A DNA stretch of 64,000 bases from an uncultured Planctomycetota bacterium (lineage in GTDB: Bacteria; Planctomycetota; Planctomycetia; Gemmatales; Gemmataceae): assembly GCA_963849325.1 (NCBI GenBank), contig CAWKHF010000005.1:992001-1056000 (forward strand), in the 5' to 3' direction. The notes below the pieces were generated by a model that saw nothing but the letters and a program-made list of their open reading frames with translations, was not told the DNA's origin and did no database searches. A program made the position numbers and the translations under genes. Shown piece after piece: positions 10,025 to 19,510 of this stretch. Every line of letters begins with the position of its first letter. Position 1 is the stretch's first letter.

Positions 10025-11272
10025 ATGGATGCGAACAGCGACAAGGGGCCGCGGGTGGTGCTGGTTCACGACTGGCTGACCGGCATGCGCGGCGGCGAGA
10101 AGTGCCTGGAAGTGCTGTGCCGTCGTTGGCCGCACGCTCGGCTGTTCACCCTGCTCCACCGCCGCGGCTCCGTCAGCGCGGCCATCGAGCGCCTGCAGCC
10201 ACGCACCAGCTTTCTCAACTGCTTGCCCGAAAACCATCGCTATTATCGCTATCTGCTGCCGCTCATGCCGGCGGCGGTCACGAGTTGGCGCCTGCCGCCG
10301 TGCGACCTGGTGGTCAGCTTCAGCCATTGCGTCGCCAAGGCCATCCGTCCACGCCGAATAGGGACTAGGGACAAGGGACTAGGGACTAGGGAAGAGACAT
10401 GGTCCCTGTCTTCCCTAGTCCCTAGTCCCTTGTCCCTAGTCCCTATTCCTCACGTCTGCTACTGCTTCACGCCCATGCGTTACGCCTGGCACATGCAGAG
10501 GGCGTACTTCGGAGCGGATCGCGTCGGCGGCGTCAAGGCGCGGGCGCTGGAGCGCGTCCTGGGCTGGCTGCGCCAGTGGGACCGGCGCACCGCCGACGGC
10601 GTGACGCATTTTTTGGCCATCAGCGAGACGGTGCAGCGCCGCATCGCCGAGTGCTACGGCCGATCCAGCACGGTTATCTATCCGCCGGTCGATACCGACT
10701 TCTATCACCCGGCGGCCCTGCCGCGCGAGGAGTTCTACCTGGCCGTGTCGGCCTTCGCTCCGTACAAGCGGCTCGACCTGGCCATCCAGGCGTGCAACGC
10801 CCTGCGCCGGCCGTTACTGGTCATCGGCGCCGGCCAGGACGAGGCGCGTTTGCGCGCTGGCGGGACCGACGATTCACTTTCTCGGCTGGCAGCCCGACAC
10901 GGTTATCCGCGACCACCTGCGCCGCTGCCGCGCTCTCCTTTTCCCCGGCGAGGAGGACTTTGGCATCGTGCCGGTGGAAGCGCAGGCGTGCGGCGCGCCG
11001 GTGATCGCCTTCGGCCAGGGCGGCGCCACCGAGACGGTCATCCCTCCCGATCGCCGCCGCGAGCCGACCGGCATGTGGTTCGACGAGCAAACCGTCGAGT
11101 CGCTGGCGGAGACGCTCGCCTCCTTCGAGGCGCGCCGAGCGCCTTCTCGCCGTCGGCGGCTCGGCGTCAGGCTCTGCGTTTCAACGCTCCGCGTTTCGCC
11201 GACGAGTTGTTCACCTATCTCGACAACGTACTGCAACCGAGCGCCGACTCGACCCGCCGACGGGCGGCTTGA
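10025..11272 (+). CDS. Glycosyltransferase family 4 (frameshifts near 10860 and 11140), containing an in-frame palindromic insertion
   Basis: HDWLTGMRGGEKCL, YCFTPMRYAW, VIYPPVD, PYKRLDLAI; EEDFGIVPVEAQACGAPVIA in a shifted frame. Confidence 0.9.
   Translation: MDANSDKGPRVVLVHDWLTGMRGGEKCLEVLCRRWPHARLFTLLHRRGSVSAAIERLQPRTSFLNCLPENHRYYRYLLPLMPAAVTSWRLPPCDLVVSFSHCVAKAIRPRRIGTRDKGLGTREETWSLSSLVPSPLSLVPIPHVCYCFTPMRYAWHMQRAYFGADRVGGVKARALERVLGWLRQWDRRTADGVTHFLAISETVQRRIAECYGRSSTVIYPPVDTDFYHPAALPREEFYLAVSAFAPYKRLDLAIQACNALRRPLLVIGAGQDEARLRAGGTDDSLSRLAARHGYPRPPAPLPRSPFPRRGGLWHRAGGSAGVRRAGDRLRPGRRHRDGHPSRSPPRADRHVVRRANRRVAGGDARLLRGAPSAFSPSAARRQALRFNAPRFADELFTYLDNVLQPSADSTRRRAA
10356..10448. repeat. 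Perfect 40-bp-arm heptamer palindrome (GGGACTA units) inside the GT4 CDS
   Basis: 10356-10395 is the exact reverse complement of 10409-10448; 13-nt loop; 93 nt in total. Confidence 0.95.
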
Positions 11273-11454
11273 ATGCAGGCGCGATGTCCGCGCTCCGGAG
11301 AATCGCCTCATCGGCAGGGGATTGCCTCTTTTTTGGCACGCGAATGCTCGAAAGTGCGTCCCGCCGCGTAAGAAAGGGAGGATCCTCGCTTAAGCGGCGG
11401 ACTCCGATCTGCTCTATCCCATCTTTTTTCCCCAAAACACCCAAATTGACAAGT

Positions 11455-11470
11455 CGGCATCTTATTTGCT
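11455..11470 (+). promoter_or_regulatory. Possible sigma-54 promoter of the Cys-rich repeat gene
   Basis: CGGCATCTTATTTGCT with GG-N10-GC spacing, about 140 nt upstream of the ATG. Confidence 0.4.
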
Positions 11471-11610
11471 CCCGCTTTGCCCGGAAAATGCGGAGTTTTC
11501 GGAAAAGTTTTTACTTGCCCTTTTCCCGGTAAGTAATTACTCTTTTCTCTGTGTAACCCAGCTTACCCAAACTAACTAGTCTGTCGGCAACTCGAAAAGA
11601 AGGGGAGGCC

Positions 11611-12636
11611 ATGAAACGACTGCTTGTCGGTGTAGCGGGACTTGCGCTGTTGCTCCAGGTTCCGGGGATGGCGTCGGCTGCCCATCGGAGCCGGGGCGGC
11701 TGCTGCGCCCCGACGTGCGGGTATGGCGGCGGATACGGCGGCGTGCAGTATCAGGTGTCGTACCAGCAGGTCAAACAGGTCGTCCACGAATGCGTGCCGG
11801 TGACGGAGACCGTCCAGCAGCAATGCACGGTCATGGTCCCGCACACTCGGCAGGTCGAGCAGCAATGCACGGTCATGGTCCCGCAGTACCGAACCGTCCA
11901 GCAGCAGTGTACCGTGTACCAGTGCTCCTACGTGCAGAAGCAGATCCAGCGGACAGTCTGCGTGCCGGTCTACAGCACGGTCGCGCAGAAGGTCTGGCAG
12001 TGCGTGCCGTCGTATCAGAACGTCCAGGAACAAGTAACCGTCATGGTGCCGCAGATGACGCAACAGCAGCGGCAATGCACGGTGTACGTGATGAAGCCGG
12101 TCACGCAGGTGGTGCCCTGCCAGATCACCGTCTGCAAGCCGCAGCTGGTGCAACTGCCGCCCAGCTGCTGCAACCCCTGCGGCGCCACCATCTGCCAGAT
12201 GGTGCCGACCGTCGAGACCATCAACCGCACCGTGACTACCTGCGTTCCCGAGGCCGTCACCCACAACTACACGGTCAACGTCTGCACCTACAAGCCGACG
12301 ACCCAGACCGTGACGCGCCAGGTCTGCACCATGCAGCAGGTCGAAAAGACGATCCAGGTGCCCGTCTGCACGATGCAGCAGCAAGTGCAGACCTGCACGG
12401 TGAACGTGCCGGTGACGACCCCCGTCGTGCGGAACTACAACGTGCAAGTCTGTGAGATGGTGCCGACCGTGAAGAAGTACACGGTCAACGTCGTGGAGTG
12501 CGTGCCGACGCAGCGCACCATCAACGTGCAGGTGGTCCGCTATCAGACCGTGGCCCGCGAGATCACGGTCAACGTGCCGGTGGTCACCTGCGTGCCATGC
12601 CCGGTCGTCACCTGTGCGCCGGGGTGCGTGTACTAA
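11611..12636 (+). CDS. Secreted Cys/Val/Thr/Gln-rich repeat protein (YTV-like)
   Basis: Signal peptide; 14-aa periodic CTVMVP-type repeats; YTVNV motifs; SD GGGGAGG. Confidence 0.85.
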   Translation: MKRLLVGVAGLALLLQVPGMASAAHRSRGGCCAPTCGYGGGYGGVQYQVSYQQVKQVVHECVPVTETVQQQCTVMVPHTRQVEQQCTVMVPQYRTVQQQCTVYQCSYVQKQIQRTVCVPVYSTVAQKVWQCVPSYQNVQEQVTVMVPQMTQQQRQCTVYVMKPVTQVVPCQITVCKPQLVQLPPSCCNPCGATICQMVPTVETINRTVTTCVPEAVTHNYTVNVCTYKPTTQTVTRQVCTMQQVEKTIQVPVCTMQQQVQTCTVNVPVTTPVVRNYNVQVCEMVPTVKKYTVNVVECVPTQRTINVQVVRYQTVAREITVNVPVVTCVPCPVVTCAPGCVY

Positions 12637-12660
12637 GCGCGAGCGGACAAGATGTTTGTC

Positions 12661-12733
12661 TCCGAGCCTGAAGCGTAAGCGAAGGGACGGCAACCGAAGG
12701 TTGTCGTCCCTTCGCTTACGCTTCAGGCTCGGA
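12661..12733. repeat. REP-like palindrome family B (CCGAGCCTGAAGCGTAAGCGAAG...)
   Basis: Long hairpin between convergent genes; 5 copies in the window. Confidence 0.92.
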
Positions 12734-12743
12734 GGCGTTTGAC

Positions 12744-14175
12744 TCAAATCCAACGCTGTAACATCTCCTGCAGGACCGTGCTCCAGCTGTCGAGTGGGTC
12801 GTCGCCGATCACTTCGACGTTCGCATTATTCAGGACGGGGCGCGGGCCGTCGATGTGCAGGTGGTCCACCACGGTATCGCTGGCCTTCATCTCCCGCGGC
12901 CGGACGTCGATCAGAAGGGCATGGCACAGGCTGCGCCGCGCCCAGTTCGCGCAGAGGCTCACGATCGGCTCGGCCCCGATTTTCTCCAGCCGCACCGAGC
13001 CGTTGGCGATCTCGTCCATCAAGAGCGAGGCGAGCAAGTCGCGCTCGGCGGCCAGCGCGTCGTTGTCGCCCTCGGCGACGAACAGGAAGCGGAACGACAG
13101 GGCATCGGCGCTCAGCCACTCGGTCAGTTTGCGAACCGTCACGTACAGCAGGGCCAGCAAGAGGACGCCGCGCTGGAACTCCAGGCCGCGGTCCTTGAAG
13201 CGCGTCTGGTCCAGGTCGGGGTAGAGCACGAAGACGAAGGTCCGCCTTCGACGGAGGAACTGGTTTTCGTCCCGTGCGTAATAGAGCAGTTCGTCGCGCA
13301 CGAACTTGATGTCGAACAGGTCGGGGCGTTCGTCCTTCTCCATGTAGGCCGAGCTGGGAGTGCAGCAGACTCTCGACGCTGCCGCGCGTCGAGAGGGACG
13401 TGAAGCCGCCGACGGGATAGGTGTCCTCGTCGAGGATGCGCGTGGGCACTTCCTGGCGCTGCGCTTGGGGGCGGAGACGATGGCGCGGCAGGGTCGCCTC
13501 CAGCAGACCGGCGGCGCGCAACACCTGGCGCTCGGCCAATTGCTCGCCCTCCGGTTTGAGGGCGGTGCCGCGCTCCAACTGCGAGATGTCTTCCGCTCCG
13601 AGTATCTCGGCGGTTCGGCGGACGGCGGCAATCAGCATCTCATACTGCGGCACCAGCGCGGCTTGCAGTCCGTCGCGGCCAAGGGACTCGAAGCCGCGAG
13701 CATGCACTTCGTCGGGCGGTGTTTCCAGGACGGCCTTGATGACGCCGGGACTGAGGCGGACGCCGTCGAAGCCGGAACGCTCGGCGAACTGGCGGAAGAG
13801 GAAAGCCAGTCCGCGCGACTGCTTTCGTCCCTTGTAGCGCCGCAGGGCGTCGCCGGCCCGGCTGAACGTCCAGTCGGCGTAGAACTTGCCGAGGACGTGG
13901 TCCTCGTAGGTGCGCAGCAGGTTAACGGGCAGGGCCGGCACGGTGAGGACGTCGCGGACGGCGGGCGCTTCGTGGTCCTGGCCGAAGGCGACATGGCCGA
14001 GGTCGGCCAAAAAACCCGGCGGCGGCAGGTCGTGGCCGCTCGACGCGATCTCCAACGCCCATTCCAATACCTCGCGCACGTGCGCCGGACGCGGCGGCGT
14101 CACCCGCTGCCACCACAGGCCTTGCAGCAGGAAACGGCGGGCCTCGTCGGAATCGCGCAGTTCGTATCGACTCAT
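12744..14175 (-). CDS. Conserved hypothetical protein, ViaA/vWA-partner-like (frameshift near 13350)
   Basis: Joining ORFs 12826-14175 and 12744-13631 gives TYPVGGFTSLSTRGSVESLLHSQLAYME...DLFDIKFVRDELLYYARDE. Confidence 0.7.
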
Positions 14176-14196
14176 AATCCGCAGCCAGCCGTTCGA

Positions 14197-14262
14197 GTTT
14201 AGCCGCGACGCGCAGCGGAGCGCGGGCTTTTCCCGCGCTCCGCTGCGCAGTCGCGGCTAAAC
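14197..14262. repeat. REP-like palindrome family A (GTTTAGCCGCGACGCGCAGCG...CGCGTCGCGGCTAAAC)
   Basis: Hairpin; 5 copies in the window. Confidence 0.92.
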
Positions 14263-14476
14263 GAAGTTTCCGTCAGATGAATCCTTCCCATTCCCCCTCC
14301 TCGCATTATAACCGCCCATCCTCCCCGGTGGACCAGCTAGGCAGCACCACCCGCGCATTCCGCGCAACCCGCTTGTTCCGTATTGCGGTTAATTCCGTCA
14401 GCTCTTTCGTCCGATGAAGAGGATGATCCGCACCCGAAGTCTCGGCGTGGGGCGGTCTCGAATAGACGAGGGCGGC

Positions 14477-15478
14477 ATGAGCGTGAAGCGTATCGGCCTG
14501 AGCTGTCTGGTCGTGGCCCTCTGGGTCTCGGGCGTGGTCCAGGCCCAGGCGCCGGCCCTGCCCCCGAACGGTTCGGAGACGATGCCGCTGTATACGCCCG
14601 GTAGCGTGGATCAGCCGTCGCCCTACGCGGCCGTCCCTCCGGCGGCCGCCAGCGGGGCCGTCGGCGGCAGCACCTTCGCCAGCAGCGACGGCGGCCCGCC
14701 GCCGGCCGCGCAGCCGCCCGTTGTCCTGGGGCTGCCCTCCTCGCCTTATCTCAATTACATGCGTTCGCCCTGCTGCTGCGGCAAGGTCGGCTCCTGCGGC
14801 GGGCCGCTCGGCTACGAACTGTTCGTCCGCAGTGGTATCGCCTTCCCCATCGGACCCGGCATCTTCGAGAAGTACCTCCATCCCGGCTGGGACATCGAGG
14901 GCGGCGGCCGTCTGCTCTTCTTCGATCCCACCGTGACCAAGGCCTGGACCATCAGCCTGAGCGTCAGCAACATCTTCAACCGCACCGGAAACGCCAACCA
15001 ATCCTTTGAGATGTTCAACGTGCCGGTGCGAACGAGCATCACGGTCCCGGGGCAAACCAACGTCCCGGGGTCCGTCGCCGCAACCACGCCGGTGATCGCC
15101 AACGTGCCGCAGGTGACGGCGACCGTCAGCTCGCTCAACATGACGTTCGTCAACGTCGGTTTCGGCCGCGAGTGGTATCTGCTGGGCACGGCCAACCCCG
15201 GCCAGATGCAGGGCTGCAACTGGCGCGTCGGCTTCGACGGCGGCGGGCGTTACGGCTCGGCGATGGTGCAGTTCAACGAACTGCAGCATCACACCGACGT
15301 GGTTGGCGGTCTGTACGCCGCCATCCACAGTGACGTCGAATATCCCTTCCGCTGCGGCATCGTCCAGGCCGGCATCCGCTACGAGTACAACTACATCTGG
15401 ACGTCGCTGTTGCAGAGCCAGAACAACGGTGATTACCAGAGCATGAACCTGCTCTTCCAGATCGGCATGCGCTATTGA
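14477..15478 (+). CDS. Exported protein, probable outer-membrane beta-barrel
   Basis: Signal peptide ending VQA-QA, Pro-rich linker with PCCCG, amphipathic strands, C-terminal LLFQIGMRY. Confidence 0.65.
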   Translation: MSVKRIGLSCLVVALWVSGVVQAQAPALPPNGSETMPLYTPGSVDQPSPYAAVPPAAASGAVGGSTFASSDGGPPPAAQPPVVLGLPSSPYLNYMRSPCCCGKVGSCGGPLGYELFVRSGIAFPIGPGIFEKYLHPGWDIEGGGRLLFFDPTVTKAWTISLSVSNIFNRTGNANQSFEMFNVPVRTSITVPGQTNVPGSVAATTPVIANVPQVTATVSSLNMTFVNVGFGREWYLLGTANPGQMQGCNWRVGFDGGGRYGSAMVQFNELQHHTDVVGGLYAAIHSDVEYPFRCGIVQAGIRYEYNYIWTSLLQSQNNGDYQSMNLLFQIGMRY

Positions 15479-15595
15479 TGCGGAGGGCAAGCCGCGAATC
15501 CGCTGACAGAGCGCTTTCCGCCGGCCGTGGCCTGTCATGGAGGTCGCGAGACGGGTATACTGGCCAGTATGGATGCCAGCGGAGGAGAGTTGGAG

Positions 15596-15895
15596 ATGTT
15601 TACGCTGGATGCCATGCGGGCGCTGCTGAAAACACGGCCCTTCACGCCGTTCCGCTTGTGGCTGAGTGACGGCGGGCACGTTGACGTTCACAGTACGGAG
15701 CAAGTCTTGCCGGGGCGGCAATATGCCATTGTGGCTCTGCTCGATCCGGGCGCGATGGACACGGGTTTTGACCGGCACATAGTCCTCTGGTACATGCATG
15801 TCACGCGCTACGAGGCGTTGACCCCTGGCGCCGCGCCGTTCACCTCGCCGGGCGAGCCACCGTCCGGGACGCCCGCGCCGGCGGCCGGCAGCTGA
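15596..15895 (+). CDS. Small hypothetical protein, tandem copy 1
   Basis: RPFTPFRLWLSDGGHVDV...WYMHVTRYE; paralog immediately downstream. Confidence 0.8.
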   Translation: MFTLDAMRALLKTRPFTPFRLWLSDGGHVDVHSTEQVLPGRQYAIVALLDPGAMDTGFDRHIVLWYMHVTRYEALTPGAAPFTSPGEPPSGTPAPAAGS

Positions 15896-15925
15896 CTCGG
15901 GTCCGCAGTCAGAGCGGAAAGGACG

Positions 15926-16225
15926 ATGTTTACACACGACGACATGCGGGCCTTGATTAGCACACGACCCTTCGCGCCGTTCCGTTTGTGGCTCAGCGAT
16001 GGTGGACACCTTGACGTCCGCAGTCCGGAGTTGGTCTTTCCGGGACGGCGCTATGCCATCGTGGGCTTACTCGATCCTAACGCGGCGGAACAACCCTACG
16101 ATCGCCATGCGACGGTCTGGTATATGCACGTCACGCGGTACGAGGTGTTGACCCCTGGCGCCTCGCCCTTCACCCCGCCAGGCGAGCCGCCGTCCGGGAC
16201 GCCCGCACCGGCGACCGGCAGTTGA
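15926..16225 (+). CDS. Small hypothetical protein, tandem copy 2
   Basis: Highly similar to 15596-15895; SD AAGGA. Confidence 0.8.
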   Translation: MFTHDDMRALISTRPFAPFRLWLSDGGHLDVRSPELVFPGRRYAIVGLLDPNAAEQPYDRHATVWYMHVTRYEVLTPGASPFTPPGEPPSGTPAPATGS

Positions 16226-16231
16226 TCTTTC

Positions 16232-17239
16232 TCAGGCGGCCCGGCGTTTCGTCTGGGCATCGAGGTTGAGCGTGGCCCGCACCGTGTAGGCCGACTTGCC
16301 CTGGCTCTCGAAATAGGTGCCGCGTCAGCAGTTCGCCGAGCAGGCCCATCGAAATGAACTGCACGCCGACCAACTCCAGCATCACACTCAACAGCAGCAG
16401 CGGGTTGCCGGTCATGAACACCGGATGGCTGGCGAAATACTTCATCCACATCGTCGCCAGCAGACTGACCCCCCCCAGGCCCATCGACACCAGGCCGGCG
16501 GTGCCCAGGACGTGCATCGGCCGCGTCAGGTAGCTGTGCAGGAACTTCACCGTGATGAGGTCGAGCAGGACGCGGACGGTGCGCGTCAGGCCGTACTTGG
16601 TCTGGCCGGCGACGCGGGCGTGATGGCGGACGGGGACCTGCACGATGCTGGCGCCGTGCATCTGGGCCAGCACCGGCACGAAGCGGTGCATCTCGCCGTA
16701 CAGCGGCAGCGCCTCGGCCAGGTCGCGGCGCATGGCGCGCAGCGTGCAGCCCATGTCGCGGATGTGGACGCCGGTGACGGAGCGGATCAGCCAGTTGCCC
16801 ATCCAACTCGGCAGCTTGCGGACCAGGAAAGTGATCCTGGCGGTTGGCGCGCAGGCCGAACACGGCGTCGTGGCCCTCGTCGAGCTTGTCCAGCAGCATG
16901 GGGATGTCGGCCGGGTCGTTTTGCAGGTCGCCGTCCATGGTGACGAGCACGTCGCCGCAAGACCAGTCGATGCCGGCGCGGAGGGCGGGCGTCTGTCCGA
17001 AATTGCGGCGCAGTCGGACCACCTTGACGCGCGGGTCGGCCGCCGCCAACTCTTGCAGCACGGCGAAGGAGTCGTCCTTGCTGCCGTCGTCGATAAAAAG
17101 GACCTCGTAATCGCGCAAACGGGCCGGCCGATCACCGGCCAGGCACAGCGGATCGAGGGCGCGACGCAGCCGATCGTGCAGCGGCCGTAGGTTCGTCGCC
17201 TTCATCCTTGATCGGAATCACCACGGACAGCGTCTGCAT
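16232..17239 (-). CDS. Glycosyltransferase family 2, polyprenol-phosphate type (ArnC/GtrB-like), frameshifted
   Basis: LSVVIP, FIDDGSKD, RRNFGQT, TMDGDLQNDP, LYGEMHRFVP, C-terminal TM helices. Confidence 0.9.
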
Positions 17240-17252
17240 GAAAGACCTCCAT

Positions 17253-17374
17253 TCAGGGGTCAGGGGTCAGGGGTCAGGCTGCCGGCACCTGTTCTTCGAC
17301 CTCTGCCTCCTGATCGCTGACTCCTGACTCCTGATCGCTCACTCCTGACCCCGGACCCCTGACCCCTGACCCCT
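17253..17374. repeat. Heptamer-arm hairpin (TCAGGGG)n ... (CCTGACY)n overlapping a gene end
   Basis: Inverted tandem 7-mers; encodes the C-terminal tail and stop of 17274-18299. Confidence 0.85.
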
Positions 17375-18299
17375 TCGGCTGAAAGCGCGGCGCCAGGCCG
17401 AAGAGATAGAAAAGTCCGCCGGCCAGGCTGGCGGCGGTGTAGACGGCGAAGATGAGCAGCGACAGCGTGACGGCCGACGCCGAGCTGACGCCCAGCGGGG
17501 CCAACAGCAGGACGGTGCCGCCCTCGCGCAGGCCCATGCCGTTGAGGCTGATGGGCAACAGCGTCAACATCGCCACCAGCGGCACCATGACGCCGTAATA
17601 CAGCGGCGGCACCGGCAAGCCCATGCCCTCGCCGATCAGCCACACCAGCACCACGTTGGCCAGCTGCACCACCAGCGACAGGGCGGTGATGAGGAACATG
17701 CCGCGACGGTCGCGCCGATACAGGTCGGCGCCGTCCAGCAAATGCGCCAGGCGTGGATGGGCCGGCAGCATCGAACGCAACAGGGGCAGGGCCGGCAGCG
17801 CCGCCAGGCCGAGCACGCAGGCGCCGCCCATGGCGGCCACGGTGGCCCAAATCCAGCCCGGCAACGCCGTCGGACAGCACAGTGTCGCCAGGCAGCCCAG
17901 ACCGATCAGCACCGCGAAGCCGTTGACGCGATCGGCCAGCACGCTGAAAAAGGCGGCCGTGCGCCGTCCCGTCGGCGGCGTCGGTCCCTCCAGTCGGCCC
18001 AGATACCAGGCGCGCACCACGTCGCCGCCGACCGAGGTGGGCAGGACGAGGTTGAAGAACATGCCGGTGAAGTAGTAGCTGAGGTAATCCCACCAGCGAC
18101 CGCCCAGGCCGAGCCGGCCAGCCAGGATCTGCCAACGCACGGCGCTGACGGCCTGCGCCAGCAGAAACAACGCCAGCGCCAGCAGCCAGTACGTCACGTC
18201 CAGCTGCGCGAAGGCCGCTCCCGCCTGCCGCCAATCGACGCGCCAGACGAGAAAGCCCACCAGGACGAGGCTGCCCAGCAGCCGCCAATACTTCTTCAC
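17274..18299 (-). CDS. Lysylphosphatidylglycerol-synthase TM domain / UPF0104 flippase-like protein
   Basis: RWQIL, FFNLVLPTSVGGDVVRA, DR, LPISLNGMGLREG. Confidence 0.9.
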   Translation of the reverse strand: MKKYWRLLGSLVLVGFLVWRVDWRQAGAAFAQLDVTYWLLALALFLLAQAVSAVRWQILAGRLGLGGRWWDYLSYYFTGMFFNLVLPTSVGGDVVRAWYLGRLEGPTPPTGRRTAAFFSVLADRVNGFAVLIGLGCLATLCCPTALPGWIWATVAAMGGACVLGLAALPALPLLRSMLPAHPRLAHLLDGADLYRRDRRGMFLITALSLVVQLANVVLVWLIGEGMGLPVPPLYYGVMVPLVAMLTLLPISLNGMGLREGGTVLLLAPLGVSSASAVTLSLLIFAVYTAASLAGGLFYLFGLAPRFQPKGSGVRGPGSGVSDQESGVSDQEAEVEEQVPAA

Positions 18300-19312
18300 G
18301 GGACCTCCAGACTCCAGGTCAACGGCTCCGAGCCGGTCTGCAGGAAGGATGCGTGCTGCTCGTCCACCATGTCCAGGCGCAGTTCGTACCGCCCCGGACT
18401 GGCCAGTCCCGGAACGGCGATGGTCAGGTCGATGAATTCGCCCGGCGGCACGATGGCCTCGAACAGGCCGGCTTTGCCCTCGGCGACGCGCTGGTCCCTA
18501 TCGTTTAATAGCACGAAATTCAGGTGGATGCCGGCGTTGCTGCCCGGCCGCAAACGCCACGGCTTGATCGACGTGTTGTGACAGCGGACGTGCAGCGGTG
18601 TCGGCTGGCAAAGCCCCGGCCGCAGCGGTTGAGCGATCGGATGGAGCATCTCCAGCCGGCAGCGGCATTCGCCGGGACAGTAATCCTGTTCGACCCAGCG
18701 GCGGAAAGCGGCCGGCGTGTGAGTCAGACCGTGCGCCGTCAACCATTCCTGGTACAGATCGAAGAAGCGATCGATGTTGGCGGTGCGGCCCAGGGCGAGA
18801 TGGCCGAAGCGGAAGCCGAGCTGGCCGCGGGCCTCCTCCAGCGGTTTGTCGGTGCGCAGCAGCAGGGCGATGGCCGAGGCCATGCCGGTGCGGTCGGCGC
18901 CCTTGTGGCAGTGGAAGAGGATGGGGTATTCGCTGTGGTCGAGTACCTCGACGAACTGACGCAGGGCGATCGGCGACGGTAGCCGGGCTGCCGAGAAGCT
19001 GAGGTCTTCCTGCGACACGTCGTGGCCGTGCGTGACGCGGCTCTCGTCGAGATACCACGCTTCCGGATCGCAGCAGCCGCGTAGGTTGATTATCGTGCGG
19101 ATGTGCCGCGCCTGGAGAAACCGTTCCAGCGTGGCCGCCGGCAGCTGAGCGGAGCGGTAGACTTCGCCCGGAATGACGGTGTGGAAATTACTGCCAAGCA
19201 AGATGTAAGCAGCGTGGGCGGCGACGGCCAACAGCAAGCCGAGGAGGCAACCGCGCAAAAGGACCCGTCCCAGCGAAAGCCGGGGACGTGTGGCGACGGG
19301 GGAGTCTGTCAT
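18296..19312 (-). CDS. Membrane-anchored Tyr/dual-specificity phosphatase with C-terminal Ig-like domain
   Basis: NFHTV...YRSAQ, IINLRG, HCHKGADRTG P-loop; C-terminal PGRYELRLDMV. Confidence 0.85.
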   Translation of the reverse strand: MTDSPVATRPRLSLGRVLLRGCLLGLLLAVAAHAAYILLGSNFHTVIPGEVYRSAQLPAATLERFLQARHIRTIINLRGCCDPEAWYLDESRVTHGHDVSQEDLSFSAARLPSPIALRQFVEVLDHSEYPILFHCHKGADRTGMASAIALLLRTDKPLEEARGQLGFRFGHLALGRTANIDRFFDLYQEWLTAHGLTHTPAAFRRWVEQDYCPGECRCRLEMLHPIAQPLRPGLCQPTPLHVRCHNTSIKPWRLRPGSNAGIHLNFVLLNDRDQRVAEGKAGLFEAIVPPGEFIDLTIAVPGLASPGRYELRLDMVDEQHASFLQTGSEPLTWSLEVP

Positions 19313-19510
19313 GGGTCCATGCGCCTCCCTGTCCGTCCCGGGTCCGATCCGGGCGAAGGGCGGCATGATGCCAAATGTCCGGCGGCGCGGCTAGATCGAT
19401 TGAAGGGCTGAAATGCTGACCGTCCGCGGGCGAATAGCTTTCGAGGCGAACCTCTCTAAAATGCCGACGGCCTCCACTCGCGCGGACGCCTGCTCTCTGG
19501 AGATTCCCGC

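Noticed and set aside
11334-11349. TGGCACGCGAATGC as a sigma-54 site (also TGGCAC at 9631)
   Set aside because: GG-to-GC spacing is 9 nt (12 nt at 9631) rather than the required 10.
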